A stretch of DNA of 64,000 bases from Takakia lepidozioides. Lineage: Eukaryota > Plantae > Bryophyta. Positions within the stretch are counted from its first letter, which is position 1, and the number at the start of each line of letters is the position of its first letter. The stretch is from the NCBI GenBank assembly GCA_030704615.1, contig CM060733.1, forward strand, positions 3,844,001-3,908,000, given 5' to 3'. The notes under the pieces were generated by a model, which saw only the letters and a program-made list of their open reading frames with translations, did no database searches and was not told the DNA's origin. Made by a program: the position numbers and the translations under genes. Below, in pieces: positions 13,656-27,053 of this stretch.

Positions 13656-15349
13656 TTAACAAACAGCTTCCTGGGCTTCCAGTAGAGAACTTTTGATCTC
13701 TTGGGACAGCTCCCATCCTCGTTCTTGCATTTTATCATAAAACTTTCCGGCTTCACTCAATAATTGTCCTGCCACAAGCCCCTTGACCATTATATTGTAG
13801 CCAACCTCATTCATCACGACTCCTTTTTCCTCCATCAGACTCCAGACACCTCTTGCCATCTCAAGATTCCCAGCATGAGCATATGCAGCATACATGTTGG
13901 CATATGTTTTAAAAGTAAGCATCAGCCTCCGCTGGATCATCTCATCGAACACTTCCTTGGCTTCATCGACTAGTCCAACCTTGCCAAACCAACCGATCAG
14001 TGCCGTTAAGGTGTTCAACCCAGGCTTGATTCCTACGTTCTCCAAGTCTACCACCACCCGCACCGCCTTGTCTATGATGTTGGCCTTTTCGTACGCTCCA
14101 ATCAGAGTTGAAATAGCCCGATCATCAGGGGTAAATCCTGCAGCCCTGAGGCTATCAAAGACAGCCTTTGCAGTTTCGGGGTCTCCTGCACGACCATAAG
14201 CATGTAAGAGTGCAGTGAAAGCTTTCTGGGTCCCTTGGATGCCCTTGTCAAGCATCAAGTCAAAAATTCTTTGAGCATCCTTAGACTGACAAAGCCTCCC
14301 ATACGCAGTAATCAGCACTATATAGTTATCAGCATTGACAGTGACCCTGTCCGCCTCCATGTCTGTCAGCAAAGCTTCAGCTTCATGTGGCATTCCTGCA
14401 TACCCGTAAACAATCATCATCGCACTATAGGTGATTGCATCCGGCTGAAGCCCCATCAACCTAATCTGCTCAAACACTTGCCGCGCTCTTTCTGTCATTC
14501 CTGCTTGGCCCAAAGCTCCAATCATTGCTGTGTACATGGCCACATCCGGAGTAAAACCACATCCCTTCATGTCCCGTAACACATGTTCAGCATCAGCTGT
14601 ACGGTTCTCCTTCCCATATCTATCAATCATTTTGCTGCAGTCCCGCTCGTTCACATCAAACCACCTTTCCTGGAAGGCAAACTCAAACATCTGAACAATG
14701 AACACAAATCATTAGCATTGGTATAAGATGCATCTGTAAGTCACATAAAGTGCTTGCTCCCATGGAGAGAGTAGGGATAGAGAGGCTTAAAAAGGGGAGA
14801 GGAAGGGGGGCTTCTTTGTCGACATACTCAAATTACCTCCAGCTCCACAGCCCATAATTTCTCTCCAACCCTTAGGATAGACCCCTTGCTTCTTCTGTCA
14901 GAGAAAAAGACAATCAAAGATGTTCCTTAGTTTATCTAACCTCCAACAATGGAGTGCTTATGAACCTTCTCATCTGCCCTAGAGTGCAAAACCAATGCAT
15001 GTTCCTGATTGCAGTTGAAAGTGTCATAAGCCCTTACCTGTGTCCCACTCCACTTATATTGAAGAGTGTGAGAGGACATCCACAGTTGTCACTGTGTTTT
15101 GTAAGCTACGGGGCTAGAGCTACAGTTGTGAAATCAACCTCATCCTTCCTACAATGCGAACAATGCTGGCCTGGAAATCACAGCTCAAATCCCTGTAACA
15201 AATTGCTGTCTGTCGCAATATGGTGATTAAAAATTGTGTCTCCTATTCTCTGGTGGGGCTTTAACCCCATGACTGATTTCCACAAGGATTCTCTCTCTCT
15301 CTCTCTCTCTCAATGGCCACAAGGCTACGGCAACAACGTCTTCTGAGTA

Positions 15350-15383
<34 letters not shown>

Positions 15384-16360
15384 CAGAAACTTATGTAGTA
15401 TTTTCAATTCGCTTTTCCAATTCTACTTGGGTCGCAGATGGCTGGGTCATTCACCCAAACCCCAGACAATGTATCCTTTCTTAGGTTGAAGAGGCCCCTC
15501 ACCTTCAGGACCAGCTTCCGTTCTTCTTTGTTGTCAAATTCCTGGAAAACATCGATCCAATCTCTTCGCCCAGGTCGCATGCTGACCACCCAGCGCTGTA
15601 GCACCTCAAATATTTCATCTTCATTATGATCCTTCAGAGATCTAAGGCCCTTTATACCGAGCATTGCCTTCCTTGTCACCCTCCCCTTCACTAGAGGCTC
15701 CCCGTTCCAGTGCCTTCTTTTAGTCATGTGCGTTTTTATAATACTGCCTCTTTTGGGACGCCATTCTCTTGATCCAAATATCCGTGTTTTTGTACCCAAG
15801 CGGCTGATCAATCCCTCTTGATTGCCTGTTACTAAAGCAAGCCGCGGGGTGGTTCCCTCGAAAGCTAAAACCCCACCTGTATAGACGACGCTAAGAGGCC
15901 TTCTCCTGCTCCTCAAACTGCTTGGTACCAGTCCCCTGCTCCCCCATTGCAATCTCACCGGATCATTCAATCTACAACTCGGTACTCGATTCCATTCTTG
16001 CAACCTTATCAGACGTTTAATCCCACCAAGGAGCAAGGATCTTCCACCGAACTCATCTCTGTGACGGAGTCCCTGCATAGCTTTGCATTTCCTAAGTAAA
16101 GCCTTTTCACGCCCTCGCAAAATTCGACTTGAAAGTCCGACCAGCTCCCCAGCGTTATCCTTTGGCAAGCCACACCCACCTGGTACATTGAGAGACGCAC
16201 AAGTCTCCATCACGAGTCTTGCATCTGCGCATTTCCAGTTTCCCATACTTTCCTTTGAAGATGGAGCTCCATGGACGAGTCCATGAAGCGGAACTTGAAT
16301 CTCCAGTCTGGCATTATCAAAATGCCAAGGGGAACAAGACACTCTTAGTACCGTGACCAT
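13656..16360 (-). CDS. P-class pentatricopeptide repeat protein (At1g01970-like), 2 exons
   Basis: Exon 1 16360-15503 has a transit-peptide-like N-terminus and LQRWVVSMRPGRRDW..LVLK, with a GT donor. Exon 2 14690-13656 has about 9 tandem 35-aa P motifs (PDVAMYTAMIGALGQAG.., PDAITYSAMMIVYGYAG..). Confidence 0.88.
15291..15380 (+). mobile_element. ~42-bp LINE 3'-end stub embedded in (TC)n, in the PPR intron
   Basis: (TC)n-AATGGCCACAAGGCTACGGCAACAACGTCTTCTGAGTACATT-(CT)n is the reverse complement of the 3' end seen at 22211, 34508 and 39280. Confidence 0.75.
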
Positions 16361-17340
16361 TTTCACAGTGATGGCTAAAACCCTAACCTTTCCAACATCA
16401 GGCAGGATTCATTGATAGGATCCTGAGACCGAGGATGAAACAGAAAGCAGAGGTCAGACGGAACCCATCTTACCATGAAGAGCCCAATTGGCTGCATTCT
16501 GAAAACTCTAGCATGAGGTCCTTCACCAATGCTTACAGCACTCTAGTGCCCCCCTGCAGCTTTTCTGATACCAACAAACACAAAGACTAACACAGAAACA
16601 ATTATCGCTTCCAGCCACTCCATCTTAGAGACCTCCGGGTGTTGGAAGACTTTGCACTCTCAAATTACGTGATTTCCAGAAGCACTACCGCAAGAGCAGA
16701 AGGCAGGAAGACCATCAAGAGCAGAGAGACGATGCAGTGCAACACAATCGCACAAGTTTTCTCGAGGATTTGTGAAGCGTCAACTGGAAGCTCCAACAGG
16801 CAGCTCTTTACTCTTACCTCTTCCCAAGAGTTTTTGACTCTTGGCTGTCACCTCTTTTTCATTTCACACGCGTCAGTATTATCACCGTTCGATATTACCT
16901 CTATCTCCTCGTGACCGTTCACATGGAAAACGAAAAGATATAGGTAAGATAATTTGTGGGTAAGAGGATAGGACTGGAATCTCTAGGAACTTGCGAGTGG
17001 GTTGTCTCGATCGCTCCCTCACCCATCAGGTTAATTCATAGAATTGGGACATGGCCAAAAGAAAAAGAATCCGTGCTGCATATGTAGAGCCCTAGAAATC
17101 TTGCAAGCTGGAGCTTTGTGATCCGTGTGTGTTTCTCTGGGATGGTGCAAGCAGCCTAATGTGCATGCTCAGTAAGCTAAGACCACTGGGAGCTGTGCAG
17201 CTCTGGAGCTCGGGACCTGTGGAGCTGAAATGGGCATCCACATTGGCAATACGGAGTCGGAGACGCTTGCAAGTGATGACGCCTCCGCAGGCCTCAGGAA
17301 AGAAGAAGAAAGGTGAAAACTAGTAACTCCTTCCCCTCGT

Positions 17341-17520
17341 TTGTGGAATCTGAACACTTCTGTGCTTTGGGTTCTGGCCTGTTTCCCTTCTCCGATTTCG
17401 CCCGCTGACCTCGCGGGTCTCTCTGCTCCCTTCACAGTAATGGAACTTGAAGATGCTTTGAACAAACTAAGCTCCTTCAAATCCCCGGGACTTGATGGTC
17501 TCCCAGTGGAATGCAGCCTC
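17341..17520 (+). mobile_element. L1/Tx1-type LINE reverse transcriptase fragment
   Basis: APFTVMELEDALNKLSSFKSPGLDGLPVE matches the KSPGxDG motif preceding the non-LTR RT domain. Confidence 0.65.
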
Positions 17521-19044
17521 CGTATGTTCTTGACGCGGCCCCGCAGCAACTGAATCACGTTGCTGCGAGAAATTCACTCATGGTCAAGAGGGGGCTTTTG
17601 ATGATTGTGAGTGTATTTCATAGTAACTCCTGCAAAATCCTAGAGGATTTCTCTTAACCATTCATTGGCACCCAGCCTTGCACTTGTTTATATGGCTTGT
17701 TTGGGACACAACTTGGGACACCCTGTTTTTGGAGAGTACCCACCAGATTTTTTCAGGGTGAGAATTATGACAGGGCTCGCACAGAGCCCATGGAATTTCC
17801 TTTTCAAGTTTCAGCAGGTCCGACCATTTGGCCCTCGTCTCTCAATGCAGAGCACAGATGTTGAGACACATTTATTCCTCTAATTACTGCAGAACCTTAT
17901 TTGCCAGTTACACTGAGGGATGGATATGAACAGGAAGAGATGTACGACAGTTCCCTGCCAATGGTGACTAAACCTTGTCGAGAGGGACCCCCCTAGAGCC
18001 AGTTGTGGGATTTATGTACCCACTAAGGTATGCAAACTCAGCTGGCAAACTCGGCAGTGCTTATGCACAACCAATGGACAATCCTGCCAGAGTGAATGGA
18101 GTATTGACCTATGAGCCGGTATATACATCATGGAAACAACACTGAGCAATTTCCCACCCCGAGACAGATGTGACAAATGTGTGCGATTGCACCACCCTTC
18201 ACACCATGCAAGAGATAGAGAGGTTTATGTTACGGAAAGCGTAGACCCAGTCCATAAGGAGTTTACCAATGTTTCAGACTTGTCCTCATAGAAACTGAGA
18301 GTACTGGAAGCTGGCAAAGCTCACATTTTGTTGCAATTCTTGAACACAGGTCAAGCAATCAGCAAAGAATCGCTCTGGCAGGGGTTGTTCTTGGATCCTT
18401 TGCACTTGTGGAACAACACCTTTGATAAGGTGAGGCCATCTTCATTTAGAGTGTGGAAAATTTGTCAGGAGGACTTACAACTGAGGTGGTATTATGTATG
18501 GCTGAAGTTTATCTCCAGTTAAATTTGTGAGAGCTTGGCCTTTGTCACAACCAAAGCAGCAAAGGCAGTTCTTTCTCTTGCTATTTAGTAGGTTGTTTGA
18601 AGGTAGGTCGTTCCACGGTTATTTGAAGCTTTGGTGATTGTAGCCTGCTCTATGCAAGGGTATGCTTGAAGCTATGGCTCCTCAGCTGCTCCGTGGTGGG
18701 TCTCACAGAGAAGTCGAAGATCACCAGAGTTCAGGCATAAGCGTACCAAGGGTGTCCTTTGGATTGGGGTTGGATCAAACTCACCTCAGGCAAAAGCTGC
18801 CGTGATACAAGGCCAAGCACAGTCTGGTGTCAGTTCTTATGCTGATATACATGAAACTATATGCCGTGAATACGATGGGTATTACTGCTACGACAAGTCA
18901 AGGGTTCCAACTCAAACATATAGAATTGGTACAGTCTATTCTTGGAGTATGGCTACCACAGTCTTGTAACCTGAATATGTGTAGGAAGGAGCCTGCCATC
19001 ATGCTGAGATCTTTCTTGAAAGTATCTAGGAGCGTTTTAGATGG

Positions 19045-21936
19045 ATGATGCGAGTTCGACTGTTAAGGTTTATAACTAAGAGTCTTGAGTTGGGCAGGAC
19101 GGCAGGGTTCAATCAGCAACTCTTGTTTGTTGGACTTCAGACTGGCAGCAGGGGCACCACCTCCACCATGATCACTGCTTTTGAGAGCGGATTGAGATTG
19201 GTAGTCCAGAAGAATAGATATGATATGAAGGCACTATGTAAGGCAGGACGACTGAAAGAGGCACTGCACGTTTTGAACCAACCAGGCAGTCAGGCAGACT
19301 CCAACACTTATGTCTGTATCTTGCAGGGATGCAGCAACATGAAAGATTTAGCCGTTGGAAAGCAGGTGCACACCCACATTATCCAAAGTGGATTTAAGCC
19401 AAACATCTTTCTGCTTAATACTCTTGTCACTATGTATGCCAAGTGTGGGAGTGTGGTGGATGCACGTCAAGTGTTTGAGAAGATGCCTGAACGAAATGTA
19501 TTCTCATGGACGATAATGATAGGAGGATATGCCAAGCATGGGTGTGGCAGAGAGGCTTTTGAGATCTATGAACGAATGATAAGTGAAGGGGTGACACCGG
19601 ATAAGGTCACATTCAACTGCGTCGTCAATGCGTGCGCTAGCCTAGGAGCCCTGGCAAAGGGCAAGGAGGTCCATGCTGACATCATCAAAGCTGGAATTGC
19701 ACCAGATATCATTCTGGAGACTTCCCTAGCTGACATGTATGCCAAATGCGGGAGCATAAAGGATGCATGCCAAGTGTTCAACAATATGGCTACACGAAAT
19801 GTTGTATCATGGAGTGCAATGATCGCTGGATATGCTCAGCATGGATATTGTCTGGAGGCTTTCCAGATCTACAAGCAAATGATACAGGAAGGATTGACAC
19901 CAAACAAGGTCACATTTATTTGCATTCTCAATGCATGTGCCAACCTACGAGCTCTGGAAAATGGCAAAGAGGTCCATGCTGACATCATCAAAGCTGGAAT
20001 TGCATCATATGTTAATTTGGACAATACCCTTGTCAACATGTATGCAAAATGTGGGAGCATGAAGGATGCACGCAAAGTGTTCGACAATATGACTGAACGA
20101 GATGTGGTCTCATGGAGTGCGATGATCGCAGGATATGCTCATCACCGGTGTGGTAGGGAGGCTTTTGACATCTATGAGCAAATGCATGTAGAAGGGGTGT
20201 TGCCTGATGAGGTTGCATTCATTTGCATCCTCAATGTCTGTGCGAGCCTAGGAGCCCTTGAAAAGGGCAAACAGGTCCATGCTGACATCATCAACGCTGG
20301 AATTGTGCCAGTTATTGTTCTGGAGACTGCCCTTGTTGACATGTATGCCAAATGTGGGAGCATAAAGGATGCACGTCAAGTGTTTGATAATATGATTCAA
20401 CAAGATGTGGTCTCATGGAGCGTAATGATTGCAGGATATGCTCACCAGGGGTGTGGTAGGCAGGCTTTGGAGATTTATGAGCAAATGATACACAAGGGGG
20501 TGACGCCTGACAAGGTAACTTTCATTTGTGTTCTGAATGCGTGTGCCAGTCTAGGAGCTCTGGAAAAAGGCAAGCAGGTTCATGCTGACATCATCAAAGC
20601 TGGAATTGCTCCAGATACCATTGTGGAGTCTGCCCTTGCTGACATGTATGCCAAATGCGGGAGCATGAAGGATGCACACGAGGTGTTCGACAATATGGCT
20701 CAACGAAATGTGGTCTCATGGAGTGCAATGATCACTGGATATGTTCAGCATGGGTGTGGTAGGGAGGCTTTCCAGATCTATGAGCAAATGATTCGAGAAG
20801 GGGTCATGCCTGACATTGTTACGTTCATCTCTGTTGTGAATGCGTGTGCTAGCCTAGGAGCCCTGGAAAAGGGCAAAGTGGTCCATGGTGACATCAGGAA
20901 AGCTGGAATTGTGCCAGATATCATTCTGGAGACATCACTTGCTGATATGTATTCCAAATGTGGGAGCATAAGAGATGCGCGTGAAGTGTTTGACAACATG
21001 GCTGAACGAAACGTGGTCTCATGGAATGCAATGATTGCAGGATATGCTCAGAATGGATGTGGTAGGGAGGCCCTCCAACTGTTTGCACAAATGCAACAGG
21101 AAGGCTTGAAGCCAGACAGCATCACCTTTATCTGTGTTATCTCTGCATGTAGCCATGTGGGCCTTGTGGATGAAGGCCGTCACTACTTTGATTCCATGAC
21201 TCGAGATCATGGCTTCACTCCTACATTAGAGCATTTTGGCAGTATGGTGGACCTTCTTGGACGTGGTGGCCGATTGGATGAAGCAGAGGACTTCATCAAC
21301 AAAATGCCAATCAAACCGGATGCTTCAGTGTGGGGTGCCTTGCTTGGTGCCTCTAGAATTCATGGTGATGTGGAGCTAGCAGAACGTGCAGCAAAATGCC
21401 TTCTCAAGCTGGATCCACAGAATGCTGCAACATATGTGCTCCTATCAAACATCTATGCTGCAGCTGGCAGGTGGGACGATAAAGCAAATGTGAGACAGCT
21501 GATGGAGGACAGAGGTGTCAGAAAGGAGCCAGGCTACAGCTGGATTGAGATCAACAACCAGGTGCATACATTTGTTGTAGAAGACAAATTCCATCCAAAA
21601 ATTGAGGAAATCCATAATGAGCTGAAGAGATTATCTGGGCAGATGGTGGAGGCTGGTTATGTGCCTGATACTAGGTTTGTATTGCACGATGTGGAGGAGG
21701 AACAAAAGGAGTTTTCTCTTTGCTATCACAGTGAGAGGCTGGCCATTGCTTTTGGACTCATCAGCACGCCTTTCGGGACTCCTATCCACATCATGAAGAA
21801 CCTTCGTGTGTGTGGTGACTGCCACACCACCACCAAGTTCATCTCAAAGATTGTTGGGCGAGCAATAGTTGTGCGGGATGCCCACCGTTTTCACCACTTC
21901 CAAGACGGGATTTGCTCTTGTGGGGATTACTGGTGA
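19045..21936 (+). CDS. PLS-class PPR protein with E1/E2 and DYW cytidine-deaminase domain (organellar C-to-U RNA editing factor, DYW:PG type)
   Basis: Intronless 963-aa ORF: L-S-(P-L-S)x5-P2-L2-S2-E1-E2, PG box KEPGYSWIE, zinc ligands HSE and CGDC, ending CSCGDYW. Confidence 0.97.
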   Translation: MMRVRLLRFITKSLELGRTAGFNQQLLFVGLQTGSRGTTSTMITAFESGLRLVVQKNRYDMKALCKAGRLKEALHVLNQPGSQADSNTYVCILQGCSNMKDLAVGKQVHTHIIQSGFKPNIFLLNTLVTMYAKCGSVVDARQVFEKMPERNVFSWTIMIGGYAKHGCGREAFEIYERMISEGVTPDKVTFNCVVNACASLGALAKGKEVHADIIKAGIAPDIILETSLADMYAKCGSIKDACQVFNNMATRNVVSWSAMIAGYAQHGYCLEAFQIYKQMIQEGLTPNKVTFICILNACANLRALENGKEVHADIIKAGIASYVNLDNTLVNMYAKCGSMKDARKVFDNMTERDVVSWSAMIAGYAHHRCGREAFDIYEQMHVEGVLPDEVAFICILNVCASLGALEKGKQVHADIINAGIVPVIVLETALVDMYAKCGSIKDARQVFDNMIQQDVVSWSVMIAGYAHQGCGRQALEIYEQMIHKGVTPDKVTFICVLNACASLGALEKGKQVHADIIKAGIAPDTIVESALADMYAKCGSMKDAHEVFDNMAQRNVVSWSAMITGYVQHGCGREAFQIYEQMIREGVMPDIVTFISVVNACASLGALEKGKVVHGDIRKAGIVPDIILETSLADMYSKCGSIRDAREVFDNMAERNVVSWNAMIAGYAQNGCGREALQLFAQMQQEGLKPDSITFICVISACSHVGLVDEGRHYFDSMTRDHGFTPTLEHFGSMVDLLGRGGRLDEAEDFINKMPIKPDASVWGALLGASRIHGDVELAERAAKCLLKLDPQNAATYVLLSNIYAAAGRWDDKANVRQLMEDRGVRKEPGYSWIEINNQVHTFVVEDKFHPKIEEIHNELKRLSGQMVEAGYVPDTRFVLHDVEEEQKEFSLCYHSERLAIAFGLISTPFGTPIHIMKNLRVCGDCHTTTKFISKIVGRAIVVRDAHRFHHFQDGICSCGDYW

Positions 21937-22210
21937 AACGATCACTCTCCATTTTATTATACCGGAGTTTGAACCAAAATAGTTTGAGCACTTCGAGGGT
22001 ACATCCATTTCATACTGAGACCTCCACCATTTGTCACCTGTCCTCAATTTTCCCTTTATAAGGCACACTTCAGGCACATCTTTTAAAATGGAGGGGGGAA
22101 ATAACCCTCCGTCATTTATCAGCAACAAGGCTACACGTCAAAGGCATTGGGAGAAGTCCTCCTGATGGACTTGATGTGAAATATGCTATTTGCGAATAAT
22201 AAGCTCGAAA

Positions 22211-23190
22211 AGAATGTACTCATAAGACTTTGTTTGCCGTAGCCTTGTGGCCATAGACCCCGCGGGTGGTTGAAAAAGGGAGCAGAAACTATTTTTTGTG
22301 AGGGGCTCACTCTGGTAGTGTGACTTACCTTATAAAGACATTTATTTAGAGTTTTCCAGGTATCCCTTCACACAAGCATCAACTTGATGTGTGTGAGCAT
22401 CCTAGCGTTTAGATCCCAAGAGGGCCAGGGCTTTAGGCTCAGCCTCAAGATTTTGATAGTTGGTGAACAGGTGTGCAGGGACAATGTTCTTGATTGTCCT
22501 GAAGAGGGTCACTCTCTGGTGAGAATCTCCCAGCCAATGTATCAGAAAATGGATATTGTCTTCAGGCTGCCCGCACATTGGGCAATTACATCTCCTCTTC
22601 CTCTCTGAATCTGTTTATTGTTCAAAGGAGGCTTCTCGCCCTGAGTTTAAATTTCAGTCTAGTGCCAATGGTAGGTAGGCCCTTGACACTGGAAACAAGT
22701 TAAGAGAAGTTTTATGCCTAAATTCACTTTCATAGGACAGTCTTTGGGCATCAGACATGGCTTAGCTTCATCCAGTAGGGTCAATTCACCCAATAATATT
22801 CAGATGCTTGAAAATCTATTCTACCCTTTCCTGCCAAGACTGAGGCTGTTTAACAGAATGGTCTTGCTTCCGAGGAATACCTTAGATTATACTTAGGGTA
22901 GGTGGTATTCGGCATGTGATTCAACTGACCCTCTGACCTTGAATTCATCACGACAACAGCTTAAGGGAGGTATGCCAAACTCGCCCCAAACAGCCACATT
23001 AGCCGTTCTAGAACAAGCCGACATGCTTTCTTTGAGCACTGCGACCTGAATGGAATCTAGAGATTTAGCATGGTTGGAATTGTCGACCCATACAGCAGAT
23101 GCATACTCCAAGGCCGGCCTAGCAACATTGCAAACCATGGTCCCTTTTTAACTTCAGTATTAATCCCTTTGCAATGGAAAAAATTGGAAA
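22211..23190 (-). mobile_element. Truncated, diverged copy of the same LINE family
   Basis: Same 3' end (AGAATGTACTCATAAG..TTGCCGTAGCCTTGTGGCCA) and an RPALEYASAVW..ACSRTANVAVWGEFG remnant (22893-23138). A GA-rich flank follows at about 23190. Confidence 0.82.
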
Positions 23191-23499
23191 AGAGAAAGAG
23201 AGAGATGTGGAGAGCAGCCACTCACATTCCCCAAGAAGACCTCATGAGGAGCTACTAAAGATGTATTTTTAAGGAGTAGCATTTCTCAATCGAAGGCTGT
23301 TTAACCAGTTCTTCAGTTCTCCAGTTCTATTTTGCCAGTTCTTTTTGCTTCTCAAGAAGCAGATCATTGTTCCCTTTTTCTCTCTTGAAGATGTAGTCGC
23401 TTCTGATCAAATAAGGCACTACTGCTTCTGTAACATTGAAATCCTGCAGACTGCTAGCTTGATTTTGAACTTCGAAAGTGGGCAACTGTAGTCAGAATC

Positions 23500-26349
23500 T
23501 TAAGTGGTGTAATTGGGCGCGGTGTGGCCGCTGGCAGCAATTTCAGCCTCATGGCTGGGGGCAGCACTCGTTGAGGGAGTAACCACCGTAGAAGTCAACA
23601 AGGATGGCAATCTGGGGATTCCCTGCAAATAGAAGGTGTAGAAGAGCTTGGAGGGAAATTTGATTTGGTGCAGTAAGACCTGGCCATATACTCCAAGGAA
23701 GATGCCACTGCCCCCTGTGATGGTCAGATACGAGTCCTCGTAGGTCAAATATGGTCCCTGAGAAATTCCCAAAGTAAGCAAAAATCAGGATAATTAGCTG
23801 CCTCCTTCCAGATCACATTGGATTGAGAACCACAAGAGCGACTACATGTGATCCCTGTTTCCATATGCAACATGCAACAAAATTGAACAGACAACAACAG
23901 CACTTTGAGGGCGAGGCTCATGTGTGAAGTGTACATGTCAAAGAGAACAAAAACCAGTTCAACATTCTGGGGGACAGGGCTGGGAACACAAAATGAGTCT
24001 TCTGTTAGAACATGTCGAAGTCAAAGAGACGTGGTTTGTTCGTCACCACATGGACCTTTCTGGTAAGTTCCCCCCCACAAAACCATCCCGTGTGCAGTCT
24101 CCCCCAACTTGCACACCAATCGTTCAAGATCCCTGAGATTTCTTGGTGGTGCATAAGTCACTCCCGGTTCTTTCTTTTTCAAGTTTGCAAGTGATCAGCA
24201 AACGTCAGATCCCAGGTTTGTACCAGTGCAGGAGGGAAGTGTATGTCATGAGAACGTACAAGATTGATGATTTCACCTTTCGTCAAAGATAATGCACTTA
24301 ACTCTCGTTCTCGCGAGCAAGATGTAATGGAGGGATCATACCTGCACACAGATGTGGCCATAGTCGCCAAAGTAGAAGCTGTAGGTGGCTTCATAGCGGT
24401 CACCATTTTTCTCAGAATTGTGCTGAATTAGCACACATAGTCCCGCAGTGATGCCAAGCCTCGTCTGCAATGACCCGTCGTAGATCTGGCATACCCATCA
24501 CTCATAACCACATCATTTTCATCAGTCCACAATGTATTGCCCTTAGCTTTACAGCTATTCATGTATGCGGCAGTCCACCTGCGATGTACTTGAAGGAAAA
24601 ACTGGCACATTCTCTTCTGGACCCTCACAACAGGCCCTGTACTTTGCGTGAGCTCACACATCTTCACCCCTGAATCCGCACCGAGCAAAAATTTCCCGAG
24701 TACTCAACGAATCCTTTCCAGGCCAATTGCAGAGCCAAAGGTATCCATCAACCTCATGTTTAGCCAGAAAACTTTGGCCCGACGAGCGACATAACCAGTA
24801 AATAACAATGAGACCTTCCATGGACTCCGGATGTAATAGACATTGCATTTGACAAGAAGCCTCGGTGCTTGTGGGCGCTCCCGACCTAGGTGCAAGCTTC
24901 TCTAACTGTGAATTCAACCCACTGCCTTAACTAACAGACTCGATAACCCCGTCTGGCAGGGCTGTGTACACATTGCATAGCTTTGACCTTCACATCGGTG
25001 TACTTCTACGTCAAGATTTCACCAGAAGAATAAGTGAATCGGTTAGCGAGGCAACTGGCGTCTTCAAAGGTGCCGTCTACCGCTATGGAACTCCCCTATA
25101 TTCTTCAAAGACAGTTCACATTCCGAGCTGCAACACTGAGCTACTGCACCTTCATCGGTAGAAGTATACACCCAAAGGTTGCCAAGGTTTGAAGCACAAA
25201 CCTTGTTGGAGAAAGGGACAAGGTCTCCAATAGCATTGACCCCCTGGGCGATTGGAGGGGTGTTGGGTCCGAGCTTGTCCTTCATTGAACTGAGGCGCAA
25301 GTAGGCAGGGCTGCCTCTGTCCCCGTCGTTGATTTCATACACGGACATCTCCTGCACTCCCGAGTGTACCCCACGACAGTTTAGTCCAAACATGGTGTCC
25401 AGACAAACTTTGTGGGTTTATGCTCTCGCAACCGGAAGAGACCCGGGAGAGATGAAGTACCCAAGGTAGATAGGTATGGAGCAAATTGTGAGCAAATTAT
25501 GGAAGAGAGAAACGGACAACATGAGACAGATTTGGTACTGCAATCTCCGGGCCGATCGCCCAGTATAAATCTGTCTGAAAAGAGCGAAGGCGAATCTCCT
25601 CATGACCCAGAAACCCATACAGACTTCTGCCACTGACATCAAGCACGTGTGCGAATCTTTGACAAATTATTGCCCATGCCTTCTGCATTGCATCTTCCCC
25701 ATCTCATGTGCGTGCGCCATCGTGCTCTTGCAATCCAGCGCCTGCAGCTGGGCATGGCTGACATCCCCCTCCGACACTCCATGGAAACTCTAAATATTCT
25801 TTTTACACACCTCAATTTTCAAACAATTTTCTGTGGTCAACTTGTAGCTTGTTACATGTCGACTAAAGGGGGGTGCCTTTCCATCTACACACCAATTCGC
25901 CAGAGAGTAGCAGTGGGTGAGGACTCCACCAACTCGCCCACTCTGAGGTGGCGGTCAACTCATGCTCCCCACCCACCCACCACGACCAACTGTTTTGAGA
26001 TCACTGGAACGGAACGTGGTGTTTGTGATTCCACCTGAGCTACAGTTGTGGCTTTCAACTCAACTGAGTGAGTGTCGACCCTTCCCAAGGTCTCCTTCAA
26101 GGGGGCTTCAAGGAGAGGGGGGGGGGGGGGGCTCTCTTGAATTTGTTCTGGTTTCTCCACAAAACTGTCTCCGTCCTTGAATGGAATCTTGTTGACTGGA
26201 TGTGGATGCTTTTGGATGCCCCCGTCCCATTTCTCTCTCACTCTGCTAAGATTGGTTGTACTTAATCCTTTCTTTGCAAAGTGACGATGGGTTTTCTTAG
26301 GCGAGGGTGTGAATGTTCGAGTTGGGAAAGAAAGGGACTTTGAAGCCAT
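23500..26349 (-). CDS. AOC: Allene oxide cyclase, 4 exons
   Basis: Exons 26349-26035 (transit peptide, less certain), 25351-25202, 24485-24342, 23757-23500. They give [30 protein letters not shown]|[43 protein letters not shown]|[31 protein letters not shown], the canonical AOC barrel. All introns are phase 0 GT-AG. Confidence 0.95.
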
Positions 26350-27053
26350 GCTTGTTCAAGTGGGGATGTCGAGTTGGGATATCCGGGTAGGTATGTCTGG
26401 ACACTGATTCGCATCAGCTATGATATAATTGCATTTGGAAATATTGAGTCTGACAGCTAATCAGCTGTCAGAGATCATCCCATGCCTGATATGTATCCAA
26501 GTCTTCTTTCTTTGTTCCCATTAGCTATCTAAGTGGCCCAGACCTCCTGTATACCGTATTAAGGATTGCATGAGCTGCCATACAAAGAGGTGTTATCAAA
26601 AGTCAAAACCCCTCCTCTCGCAATGCTTACAGGACTCTACTGTCATACCTCTTACCTCATACCCCCATTACATGTACACTCCCACAAATGGATGCCCCTG
26701 CTCTCTAGAAACCAGACATATAATCGTACGCCACTACCACCGTAACCCAGCGCTGGACCTACACACATCCGTGATGTTATGGCTTTACCAGACTACATTC
26801 CCCCAATGAAACCCCATTATCGGCAGACCACAAAGCACCTGTCTGCAAAGCTATCAAAAAGGCCCCAAATTAGAATTTACCCCCCTTCTCCAAAAACTCT
26901 AAGAGAATTTTAGGTCAGCAGCAGGAGCTCAGCTTCCACAGCCCGCCGACCCTTCTCGTTGGAGATAAAGAGATTGAATCAACCCAGTGGAATTGAAGGC
27001 GAGATCAGAGCAAGTAGCAGGAGCTGTATTGAGCGCGTGCTGTAACATTGAGA

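Noticed and set aside
17880-18330. Cys/His-rich degenerate frames suggesting an SBP-like or other zinc-finger remnant
   Set aside because: Multiple stops, and the spacing does not match a family I can name.
19566-20999. Repeated antisense ORFs (MLPHLAYMS..) within the DYW gene
   Set aside because: These are shadow frames of the repetitive PPR coding sequence.
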